DNA of 63,660 nucleotides, counting the filler, from Octopus bimaculoides (taxonomy: Eukaryota), in the NCBI RefSeq assembly GCF_001194135.2. It is 6 parts of 6 records of this genome, joined end to end, with 100 filler letters (N's around TTAATTAATTAA, not from the genome) between each part and the next. Parts side by side here need not be neighbours in the genome. Positions count along the whole stretch, not along the records: positions 23,814 to 44,340 come from NC_068996.1; positions 44,441 to 59,956 come from NC_068995.1; 4 more parts are not named here. One strand, written 5' to 3'. Numbering within the stretch: position 1 is the stretch's first letter; the number at the start of each line of letters is the position of its first letter. The translations under genes were made by a program, and so were the position numbers. Under the pieces are notes generated by a model that worked only from the letters and a program-made list of their open reading frames with translations, did no database searches and was not told the DNA's origin. Shown piece by piece: positions 39,575 through 50,201 of the stretch.

Positions 39575-41590
39575 AAAAACAACGTTAGCAATATTCAAAA
39601 CAGCAACAGTTGCAGCGATATCGGCCACAACAGCAACATTGACAAGAACAACATTAAAAAAACGTCATTAATAGTTTTAAAACAATGGCATTAGCAAAAA
39701 CAACAACTGTAACACAGCCGCACAAGGCTAACAACGTCAACAACTAATAATAACAGGACTGCAACAGCAAGAGTAAAGATACTGGCAACCACCAACACAA
39801 CAACGACAGTTACAGCAAAGGCAGTAATATGAACAGCAGCAGCAGTAACAGTGATATGTGCAACAACGTAAGATAACTACGTGTGATAATGGATTTATCT
39901 GAGGAAAAGAATGATGGCGGATTATCACCATCGGAAGAGCAATAAAAAGACAGCGCAAAAGGCAACCCGTCGCCATTTTTGTAAGAGAGAAGAAATGGAT
40001 GTAAGATTGAAGTTCTCCAATTCAGTGAAATATTACGTCTAAAATAAAATGAAGGTGAATGCGTCCAAGCAATTAATGTACAACTGACAATTCACTTCGC
40101 TACCATCATCATCAGGTAATCATATTTTGTGATATGATTTATGGTTATGGGAGTACTTGGTTATATAACAAAATGCTAAAATTGTACTCTTGAAAAGTTG
40201 AAGTTCTCAATGAAAGTGTAGTACAAATTGATTCGTATATTCAATCTGTCTGTGAAAATACAGCAATATTAAAAAAGAAAATAAAAATATAAAACTTTTC
40301 CAGGCGCTTCAGCTTCTAATTGCACTAAATTGAAGAGGTAGGAACGGGTCGATTTAATCGACGCAATATATTTTAACGATTTCGTGTACAGACCCAGGAA
40401 GAAGTGTATGTAAAGGTTTTATTTTACTTTTCCTCCTTTTCTTTTCTTCTTTTTTTTTGTCTCTAGTGCAGTTTGAATTAAAATGCACCGAAGTCAGGCA
40501 TGCTGCTACATGCTGTCTGCACCAAAATACCTGATAATATAATGATAAACGCAACGAGAAAATAATATGATAAAAGTATAGGGAGATAATGAGTTGAAGA
40601 GAATAGAAGTCAATGTCGAATACTTGCGATGAGGAAGAGGATTATTGATGGGGACGAGGATTATTGATGGGGACAATAACGAAGAAAAAAGAAATAAATA
40701 TTTAAATGGAAATAATAAATTTCATTCTCTCTCGTATACAAAAATGGTCTTGTAGGAAAGCACAAACAAAATTTCATTTAACAGACCAGTGTAAATGTGA
40801 CACTTTCTGTACACACACACACGCACGCACACACACACACACACATACACACACATGTCTGACTCCGTGCGTATTCGTGTGTTTGTGTATGTATATGTGT
40901 GTGTGTGTGTATGCATATATATATATATATATANNNNNNNNNNNNNNNNNNNNNNNNNNNNNNNNNNNNNNNNNNNNNNNNNNNNNNNNNNNNNNNNNNN
41001 NNNNNNNNNNNNNNNNNNNNNNNNNNNNNNNNNNNNNNNNNNNNNNNNNNNNNNNNNNNNNNNNNNNNNNNNNNNNNNNNNNNNNNNNNNNNNNNNNNNN
41101 NNNNNNNNNNNNNNNNNNNNNNNNNNNNNNNNNNNNNNNNNNNNNNNNNNNNNNNNNNNNNNNNNNNNNNNNNNNNNNNNNNNNNNNNNNNNNNNNNNNN
41201 NNNNNNNNNNNNNNNNNNNNNNNNNNNNNNNNNNNNNNNNNNNNNNNNNNNNNNNNNNNNNNNNNNNNNNNNNNNNNNNNNNNNNNNNNNNNNNNNNNNN
41301 NNNNNNNNNNNNNNNNNNNNNNNNNNNNNNNNNNNNNNNNNNNNNNNNNNNNNNNNNNNNNNNNNNNNNNNNNNNNNNNNNNNNNNNNNNNNNNNNNNNN
41401 NNNNNNNNNNNNNNNNNNNNNNNNNNNNNNNNNNNNNNNNNNNNNNNNNNNNNNNNNNNNNNNNNNNNNNNNNNNNNNNNNNNNNNNNNNNNNNNNNNNN
41501 NNNNNNNNNNNNNNNNNNNNNNNNNNNNNNNNNNNNNNNNNNNNNNNNNNNNNNNNNNNNNNNNNNNNNNNNNNNNNNNNNNNNNNNNNN

Positions 41591-41642
<52 letters not shown>

Positions 41643-42227
41643 GAATGCATGTTTTTAACATTTTCTTTTTGAAGTTAGAGCAATACAAATTATAGAAAAT
41701 AATGTCGGTCGATATTTATTACAATTACCTTGTATTTCAATACTTCACGATTAGAAACCCCTTTTCAGGAAATTCTCTGAGAAATAGTGTTGCGAACTGA
41801 AATATTGAAATACAAGCTAATAGTACTAACTATCGACCGGCATTATTTCTGATAATTTGTGTTGTTTAGGTTTTAAAATAGAGAAAAGGCTGCTAAGAAT
41901 ATGCAACTCAAAAGCAGCATAATTTATTGCTTTTTTATCACATCCAAAGCTTTGCAGGTATTGAATGCAATTTGTAATTTGAAAGTATTAAAACGATATC
42001 ATTCGTCCTGGTATCACCATCAATCACACAGATAAGAAGTCACAATACCTATCCTCTGCCGTAATCGAGAAATGTTCGAAAGAGGTGTGGCCAGAAGAAA
42101 TTAACAGAAGAGGGTAGTTTCTAATTTGCATGGACGAACAGCAAATTTACAGTGTGACTACAACTTGCAGCTCTCAGCTGTTTGTTTTGAACCCCGCACT
42201 TATACATACATGCGTGCGCACACACGA

Positions 42228-42277
<50 letters not shown>

Positions 42278-42524
42278 ATATTTATATATATTGGACGTTG
42301 TGTGACCAAAGTTAATAGCACCAGCGTACCTCGACTTATCTGACAAAATCTGAGTAATCACCATGCTAGAGAAGCAAAGGGAGATTTCTAAGTTATGAAG
42401 TCCAGCTTCAAACGAAACAGAAAGTGAATGTCAGGATTTGATTGCTTACGAAGATATACGACAACGGCAAGTTCTAAGACTACTACTATATTAAGAGTAA
42501 CATAAAAAATTTCTCTTCTTACAG

Positions 42525-42668
42525 AATGCAAACCTCCACCACGTCTATCAACTCCATCAACGATAACAATATCGAATGACCCACGGAAAAAGAAGCGCAA
42601 GCACAGTCGAGCCCTTGGTTACAGATATGGCCCGGGGCGGCATAAAAGCATCCAGATGGGTTTTACAG
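42525..42668 (+). CDS. Candidate internal coding exon of an unidentified host gene (phase 1-1, 144 bp)
   Basis: Acceptor TTTCTCTTCTTACAG, donor G|GTAAGC; only one open frame: xCKPPPRLSTPSTITISNDPRKKKRKHSRALGYRYGPGRHKSIQMGFT; non-repetitive. No protein recognised. Confidence 0.5.
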
Positions 42669-43227
42669 GTAAGCTTACTGCTATCAATTTCCCGTGAATA
42701 AAGTTCAGCGTGAGGAAAGTTTACCGAGAAAATATATCCATTGTATCTCAACATTAATAGTTAAAAAACTATATTATTAAAAATAAGCAAAAATGAAAAC
42801 CACGATGAAGTGATGACGCTGAAATTTCTCTGCGGTGAATTGATGACGGTGAACTTAGCGGATATGGTTTTACTGAACCAGAGGTGAAAAGGGAAGAGAG
42901 GGTAAAATTGCGAATGTAGTGACCTCATCACCAAATCCTGAAAGTTCGAGACAACAAAGCTTCAGAAAAGTTAGTAAATACGAATGCGTCTGACAGAATA
43001 TGCTTTCTAAGGCAAAAGGGTATTTCTTATGCTTTAAGAGAGGGCATTTCTGATGCTTTGGAAGCAGCTGACTATTCCGGGCCATTTTGGTTTAATGTGG
43101 GGCGCGTCCGAATTACTCTAAGGTGGACTGAATTTTCTTCCTGAAATTTCTGTTAGAACTTAATTTTTATTACGAGAATGTACTTGCATAGCAAGTGGTC
43201 TGATCTGAGATGGTGTGATGAAACAAA

Positions 43228-43432
43228 AACAATTGCAGCGTGGAAGGTGTTTATAAGTCATTTAAAAACACACAAAAACCGTTAGATTCACTTCAACATT
43301 TTGTTAGCGAACAGGTCGCGGTCTCAAAGCGACGAAAATATTTTGACAAATTGAATTTAAACGTTGAAGTGAATCTAACGGTTTTTGTGTGTTTTTAAAT
43401 GGTTTATAAACACCTTCCACGCTGCAATTGTT
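43228..43432. repeat. Inverted repeat, 70-bp arms (43228-43297 / 43363-43432) with 65-bp spacer
   Basis: AACAATTGCAGCGTGGAAGGTGTTTATAA...GTTAGATTCACTTCAAC and its near-exact reverse complement. Confidence 0.9.
43300..43350 (+). ncRNA. Minimal type I hammerhead-like motif, G3:C8 core variant, in the loop of the inverted repeat
   Basis: TTTGTTA | GCGAACAG | GTCGC-GGTCTCAAA-GCGAC | GAAA | ATATT | T | TGACAAA. Confidence 0.55.
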
Positions 43433-44440
43433 TAATTTTTATATCTTTGGTTTGTTTTTATTTTTAAAGTTTATATATAATTCTTGTTGAATGTTTGTTT
43501 TTAATCATTGTAAACTCCACATTTTAAATCTTATATTTCGTCCGTTTCTATTGTTCATACGGTGCCCTTGTGAAAGTTAAAAGAAAAAAAAACCATTGTT
43601 ATTATTATTGTTGTTGTTGTTGTTGTTGATGTTGCTGTTGTTACTGAGTGAAAGAGCAGCGCATACCATCAAAGTGACACTGGGGTACGAATATACGAAG
43701 CCCATTATACCCATCATGACTACACGTCTGATAACGGTACACCAGGTACATGCATCGCAACTATATGTGCGTGCCATGGTGATATCATATCAAGATAAAC
43801 AGTGCATGACCTTGCAGGTGGGTCCCAGTAAGAATTTTCTTCAGGTCAAGTAGCCATTTCCGCTCAAATGTTCAATGAATAAGGTTTGTTTAAGGACGTT
43901 GAACTAAACACCCATGTTTTCAGAAGTGAATTATTCATACCCACAAAATTTCTCTCAACACATAGCTATGATACCCCCGCACTGCTTCTGCTCGCGATCA
44001 GAAATGCATATATTGTTAGCCACCAAGGGGCATGCTCAACTGGTTGAGATCAATCAACTGACAAGCAAATCTGTGGTATTGACCAAAATATATACTGTAG
44101 CCCATCATTTACAGCAAGACAAAATATGTACACTTATTTTATTATTATTATTTTATGTTTGACTTTTGCTTTGCATTTGTACAAGTTGGATCCAAGTCTC
44201 GCCCAGAGACCTCAAGAGACAACAAGTTAGAAGTTCATGTAGGTGTTATGCCTAGGGTACCATCTATTTGGATTTGTACATAGTGTTGTTCTAGAGAATG
44301 TTTAAGAAGCTATAAGAAAATTATGTGTTTGTTTTAAAATNNNNNNNNNNNNNNNNNNNNNNNNNNNNNNNNNNNNNNNNNNNNTTAATTAATTAANNNN
44401 NNNNNNNNNNNNNNNNNNNNNNNNNNNNNNNNNNNNNNNN

Positions 44441-44610
44441 TGCATGAAAAAACCACGTCTGATAATTTGTCAAGTAGTGATAGATTGTGCGATCGAAGAA
44501 TGATGAGCACTTCCCTTATACATAATTTACACTTACCTAAGTTAGTGTTATATGAGGGGGCTTTGGATTCAATAAACCATTTTAGTGTATACTTTCTGTT
44601 TTCTGATTTG
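44441..44610 (-). mobile_element. Penelope-like GIY-YIG endonuclease C-terminal fragment
   Basis: KWFIESKAPSYNTNLGKCKLCIREVLIILR...LLDKLSDVVFSC resembles the PLE W.I...A..Y......C.LC..E...I....LN.R.E...C pattern. Confidence 0.65.
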
Positions 44611-44619
44611 AGCTTGTGG

Positions 44620-45622
44620 AGAAACTTAGCAAACACAGTAGCTGTTTTGGCACTGTGCAGTGGTCCCCATTCTGCAGTTTGAGTAACTTTCAATGCCAAA
44701 GTTTGGTACAAAGCCTTCTAGGATTTTCCATATGTATATCACTGCATATCTCTCCCGCCTTCATTCCAGGGAGAAGAGTTTTAATTCTTTCAATTTTTCC
44801 CAGTAGCTGATATATTGCATCGAGACAATTTTCTTTGTGTAGCCTCATTGGATTGCCATGGATTTTATATTGTGTGGAGACCATAGTTGGGAGCAGTAGT
44901 CTAAGCAGCTGAGAATGTATGTCCTCCAAAGGATCATCAATGTCTCCTTTTCTTTTGTTCTGAAAGTTCGGAGGATCCATCCAGTCAGCCGTCTGCATTT
45001 TATTACCAAATTGGTAATATCCACCTGGAAAGATGCATCATTGCTCATGTCAATGCCCAGGTCACGCACTGATTTTGATTCAGGGATTTCAGTTCCTCCT
45101 GGGCCAGTGTATCCTGTCTACATGTCGTTTAGCTTTGTGTGTTGGTAGTGTAGGGCCTGGAATTTTCCTGCATTAAACTGCATGTTGTTGTCCTCAGTCC
45201 ATCTGTAAATTGAGTCCAACTCCCTTTGCAGGTGTGGAATATTTCCAGGATTTTGTATTGTCTGAGAGACTTTTGTGTCATCTGTATAGCTAGCAAGGGT
45301 GGCTATCTGAGAAGCCAAGGGCATGTCTGAGAGGGTCACTATGAACAGCAGTGGCCCCATGACAGTGCCCTGTGGAACACCACTTGCTATTTGTGTTTCC
45401 TTGGAGGTGGTTCCATTGGCCACTACTACCTGATGTCTATCATTTAGAAAGTTGTGCAGCCATTCTCCAATTTTTCTGCATATGCCAAGATCACGCAGTT
45501 TGTGACATATCATACCATGGTCAACTTTGTCAAAGGCTTTTGCAAATTCAAGATATATCACTTCCACGCTTGAGTCATTCAGCAGCTGTTTTAATACCCA
45601 GTCATAGTGTTGCAGGAGCTGT
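44620..45622 (-). mobile_element. CR1-group LINE RT pseudogene fragment
   Basis: QLLQHYD...VIYLEFAKAFDKVDHG...SGVPQGTVMGPLLF...YTDDTK...RDLGI...LDYCSQLWSP; frameshifted. Confidence 0.9.
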
Positions 45623-45656
45623 GTTTTTTTTAAAGTTAATATATAGGTGTGTATGG

Positions 45657-45691
<35 letters not shown>

Positions 45692-45889
45692 TAAAAGCAT
45701 GACCCAACGCAGTTTCATACATAAACCTAGTGGTGGAATGAAGAAGGGGGGAGTTCAGAGGGTTCGAAGGATGTAAGTTGAGGTGAGTAGTAAAATGTGT
45801 GTTGAGTGCTTGGTAGAGTATAAAGTACTATATTTTAAACTCTACTCTCATACTAGAGTACCTTTCATCGTAGGTGGTTGGGTCTTCTA

Positions 45890-46010
45890 CAGCGTTTCTT
45901 GTCACCAATCAGCATAGCATGGTTCTTTGTTATTTTCCCTATGATATGCAGCATCTTCAAATCAACCTTCACTACTTCATCCAAAGTCTTCCATGGCCTG
46001 GGTTCCTTTA
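45890..46010 (-). mobile_element. RTE-like LINE C-terminal fragment
   Basis: (R)PWKTLDEVVKVDLKML resembles the RTE GRP.KTW.E.V..DL motif. Confidence 0.5.
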
Positions 46011-46153
46011 ACTTTGAGTTCTTGGCATTTAATATTATTTTTCTCTTCTCTTCACTAATTTGTCAACAGTTATGAAAAATTCTATACATAACTACATGCT
46101 TTTGAATTAAAATAAACATTCTTATATATATTTAGTTTTTCTCATCTGTCCAG

Positions 46154-46262
46154 GCATATAAAGCATTGGATAAAGCTGAAGAGATTAAACGGTATCAATC
46201 TGTACCAAAGTTGACACAGAATGATATACCAACTCTTGATGAAGAATCACAAATGACAACTT
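46154..46262 (+). CDS. Candidate internal coding exon of an unidentified host gene (phase 0-1, 109 bp)
   Basis: Acceptor TTTTTCTCATCTGTCCAG, donor |GTAAGT; only one open frame: AYKALDKAEEIKRYQSVPKLTQNDIPTLDEESQMTT. Confidence 0.6.
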
Positions 46263-46774
46263 GTAAGTAATATTTATATATCTAAGACTATATGCACTAT
46301 GCAAACCCTTATTTCTTCAAAGATTGTATGATTTTTTTTTAGCTTTATCTTAGTTATTTGCTAAGTTGTTTTTTTTTGTTATTTATTCATAATTTATCAT
46401 AATTCTATTTATTTTAATTCTATTGATCTCAGTTCTTTTCTATTTTTTTTGGAATTGTCTTGGCAGTTATTTGCTCATGTCAGCATGGGCCATCTAGATC
46501 TGATCAAACTGACTCACAGAAAAGATGACACAAAATGAAGAGAAGTGGCTATAAAATATACTTCAAACTTAACCAACTCATGTTGTTTGGAAAAGCAGTC
46601 TTTAAAAGTATTGTATATAAATATACGAGTGTTTATGTGTGTGTGTGTCGTTATCCACTCATACACAAAAATATCTTGTAAATAAAATATCGTGTAGTCA
46701 TTAATACCCTTTTAGACTGGTAAATCTCACTCACATTGATCTGTTAGAAATAGCAGCCAAATCTCCCTCAAATC

Positions 46775-47900
46775 TGTGTGTCTGATAGTTCCAACTTTTC
46801 ATACCAAGTTTTTGTGTTCTTTGAGTTGATTTTTAGTGCACCAATTACAATGAGTATCACACTCATTATTGAGGCTCTATGAATATGCTTTGCTTCAAAT
46901 GCCAGGTTGTGATATCTTTGAGCTTTCTCATTCTCTGTTATGTCAATGAAGATCCATTGTTTAGTCTTTTTCCATTGAAGAGTGATAACTGGATGATTAT
47001 GTTGCAGCTTCTTATCTGTATAGACTTTCATACACCACATGCATTTAACTAGATCAGTGGTTCCCAACCTTTTTAGAAACGCGACCCACTATTTATGACA
47101 CCAGTTTATGGCGACCCACCTAACTCTACCATTTATCAGATAGACTCTATTGATCCATCTACCGTCTAGCTGCTGTCTATTCCAATCATTTCATTGGCTA
47201 ATTAATAGCCTCCTGGTGATCACTCCTTTACTTTTTTGAATAATTTATAAACTTATTAATGAAATCCATACTGTCTTATTTATTTAAATTTTTTACTATT
47301 TATATTAAATGTGAAACAAAACGTTTTATAACTAATTCAATGTCTCCATACCCTATGGGCAGGTATTAACTCTAATACAAAACCTCGAAGCAGTAACTGT
47401 TATCGGCTCGATCAGTGTTGTACTGCGCCTAGTTAAAGTTCTCTATAAATAGTAAAAACAGACTTTTCCTTTTTACTATTATGTACGAATAAATAACTTG
47501 AGAAAATGACCACCTCTGATTTGTTAAGTTCGTGAAAAAAGCCTACTGCTTGATAAAACAACCAATCTGGTATTGAAAACATGAGTCTTGAACTATCTCG
47601 ATAGACAGCAGTTAATCAAAGCTAATGCGTAATTTTATAACTTTTTGCGACCCATCAGTTGGTCGCGACTCATAGTTTGGGAACCACTGCACTAGATTAT
47701 TCTCCAAAACTGCAAAGGGTTAGTGTTTGTACTAATTGCCGATACACTTTAGCCCATACCCACTGTGCAACTGTGTCATGGTATTTTCTGTATTACTAAT
47801 GGACCAGTTTTGAGTATCTCTTAACTACATGTCTGTTTCAGATGAGTTTCTGCACAATCTACACAGAAGTGTTTCTATTGTTTTATCAATGCTGTACTTA
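46775..47900 (-). mobile_element. R4/Dong-like RLE element fragment split by a hAT MITE
   Basis: SIDKTIETLLCRLC (zinc knuckle) on the right of the MITE; YTDKKLQHNHPVITL...FIDI...RYHNLAFEAK...IVIGAL on the left. Confidence 0.75.
47055..47689. mobile_element. hAT (Charlie/MER5-type) MITE, 635 bp
   Basis: TIRs CAGTGGTTCCCAA(C/A)CT; TSD AACTAGAT / CACTAGAT (7/8). Confidence 0.9.
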
Positions 47901-47934
47901 TTACTATTATTGTTGTTGGTGGTGGTGGTGTTGT

Positions 47935-48120
47935 TAAGGCAATGAGCTTGCAGAATCGTTAACATGCCAAACAAAATGCTTAGTGGCATTTCAGCTGTCC
48001 ATATGTTCTGAATTCCAATTCCACCAAGGTCAATGAAATAAGTACCAGTCAAGCACTAGGGTTGATGTAATCGACTAGCTCTCTCCCCTAAGATTTCAGG
48101 CTTGTGCTTATAGTGGAAAG
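47935..48120 (+). mobile_element. SINE family B, CpG-decayed
   Basis: GAGCTTGCAGAATCGTTAACATGCC...AAATAAGTACCAG. Confidence 0.75.
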
Positions 48121-48516
48121 GATTATTGTTGTCATTGCTGTTGTTGTTGTTGTTGTTCAGTAATCTTATTTTTACTGGAGCTTCCACTGCACTACTGAGT
48201 AAATGTAGTTCTATGTACTTTGCATATATGCAATATTTTGTTTAGTTTTGTTGTTTTTACTGTATCAAAAGTGATTTGAATAGTATGTGTGTGGTGACTA
48301 GCAGTGTCATTTTCAGTACATTAATCATATTTCTAAGTCCATGAGTTTTGGTTCAAGAATTTTTGTTGTATGGTATTTAACATACTGGTGTTTATCTATC
48401 TTATTGAAATGCATGTCACTGGTCACTAAGTTATTTCTCTTAGTTCATTTTTGTTTAAATTATGCAAATTATCTAGGCCATAACTGCTTTCTCTTCTATT
48501 TTGTATATGTCTAAGT

Positions 48517-50099
48517 CAGGGGTGGGGAACCATTGCTTTAAGGCTACATACAGTCTTCTAGGTCAGTATGCATGGCTTTTTGAACAAATCTTTTATTTTT
48601 ATTAATGGTTTTGTCTTTTATTATTTTTATTTTAACCTTAAAATGAACTTCTTTAAAATACCAAGGAGTAAAATAAAGTTCAATGAAATAATTCTCCCCA
48701 ACTGACTGCCACAATTAAAAAATTAATAAGTCATAAGGATTATTTTGGCACCTGCTATTCTCATGATTTAGCTCTAATGCGACTCTAGATAATACGTTAA
48801 ATTCTTCATTTGACTAGCACTACTGATACCCAAAGATGGTTAGCGGGAGCCCATGATGGTCCAGTACATCAATGATTACCAACTTGTGACAATAGTGCAC
48901 ATGGCTTTCCATTTGAACTGGAATTTGAGAATAGTTACATAGCCTGACCATATCTGCATATTTATTTTATTGTTTTTATTCTGTCTGCTTAACAGTCCAT
49001 CATGTCAAAGAAGACCGAGAGAACTCTGGAGGAGGAAAACAGAGGTTTTAATGAGGATTGGAAACTGCAATATTATTTTTTGTCTGCTAAAGATAAAATG
49101 ATTTGCTTGCTTTGTGACACTGCATATCAACGTTGAAAAATTTCTATGCTCATCAGCATTAAGCCACTTCTAAAGGTCACAAATATTTCAGACTAGAAGA
49201 AGAGATGTGAAAGGTTGCATTATGGGAAAGCAAAAGCAAATGCAGTTATTTCAAGCAGTGGTAAGACCTGGAAATAATGCCACAAAAGCAACTTATAAAG
49301 TAGCTTATATGTGTGGGGAAAAAAAGGAAGCCATTCCCCTGAATGGCTTCCTTGGAAATCATAAAAGAATGCATTGTAGAAGTTGCAGGATACTTAACCC
49401 ACCATAAGGTCTCAAAGTACAAACAACTGCCTCTTTCAAGGAGAACCATAACTGACCAGCAGCATGAATTAACAGAACAACTTCACACAATACTCCAAAA
49501 GGAAAATATATATTATTTAATTACTTTGCATGAATCCATTAATACAACTGACTCAGTGCAGGTTTTTATACTTCATTTGAGCCACAACAGAATTGTATTT
49601 TAACCTCATGTAGTTGATGTCTCCAAAGCTCCTAAAGAATTACAGATAGAATTAATTGAGCTCTCAGAAGATGACATTTTAAAGTTCTTATTTAATACTG
49701 AGAAAGATCTCATTGAAATATGGAAAAATGCTTGTCCTTGGTAATAAGCACAAAAAATGCTTTCTTGCTTTTCAACCACTTATTGCTGCAAATCTACATT
49801 CTCCTGCATAACCAAAATCAAGACACCATTAAGGTCACAAATGACAAATACTCATCTAGAGGATCAGCTGAAACTGCAGATTTCTATGTTGCAACCAAAT
49901 ATCCAAAGGCTTTCCTACAGCTAACAGTCAACAGAGTCATTAAAAGGTTAGTTAACTTTAGAATTAACAAATTTCTTGCATTTGTTAGACTTTTACAAAA
50001 TAATGTAAATTTTGAAGAGTATCTAACTGAAGTTTCTTGAATGCTGCCTTACAACTAACTTAATGTAGCCTTTCAACGTAAAATGGTTCCCCACCTCTG
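48517..50099 (+). mobile_element. hAT transposon of SPIN/Buster (GTF2IRD2-like) type, internally deleted pseudogene
   Basis: TIRs CAGGGGTGGGGAACC / CAGAGGTGGGGAACC; TSD GTCTAAGT / GTCTGAGT; ATG 49002 MSKKTERTLEEENRGFNEDWKLQYYF...ICLLC; IIKECIVEV; LSRRTI; LHESINTTDS; C-terminal FSTTYCCKSTFS...MTNTHL. Confidence 0.9.
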
Positions 50100-50119
50100 G
50101 TCTGAGTCCTTTGGCTGCT

Positions 50120-50201
50120 TGGAGATAAGGCTGGACAATTGTCATGCTGATGAAGGTTATTGAACCAGAAATGCATGTCTATGACCATTCTCTTATCTCC
50201 A
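50120..50201 (+). ncRNA. Type I hammerhead ribozyme-like motif with canonical CUGAUGA core and GUC triplet
   Basis: GTCATG | CTGATGA | A GGTT-ATTG-AACC A | GAAA | TGCATGT | C | TATGAC; stem I extends via TGGAGATAAG / CTTATCTCCA (10 bp). Confidence 0.65.

Noticed and set aside
39737-39976. Minus-strand Cys-rich ORF starting AAAAATGGCG with a hydrophobic N-terminus
   Set aside because: The Cys run comes from degenerate CAG/CAA repeats and there is no convincing splice donor; it cannot be supported without RNA data.
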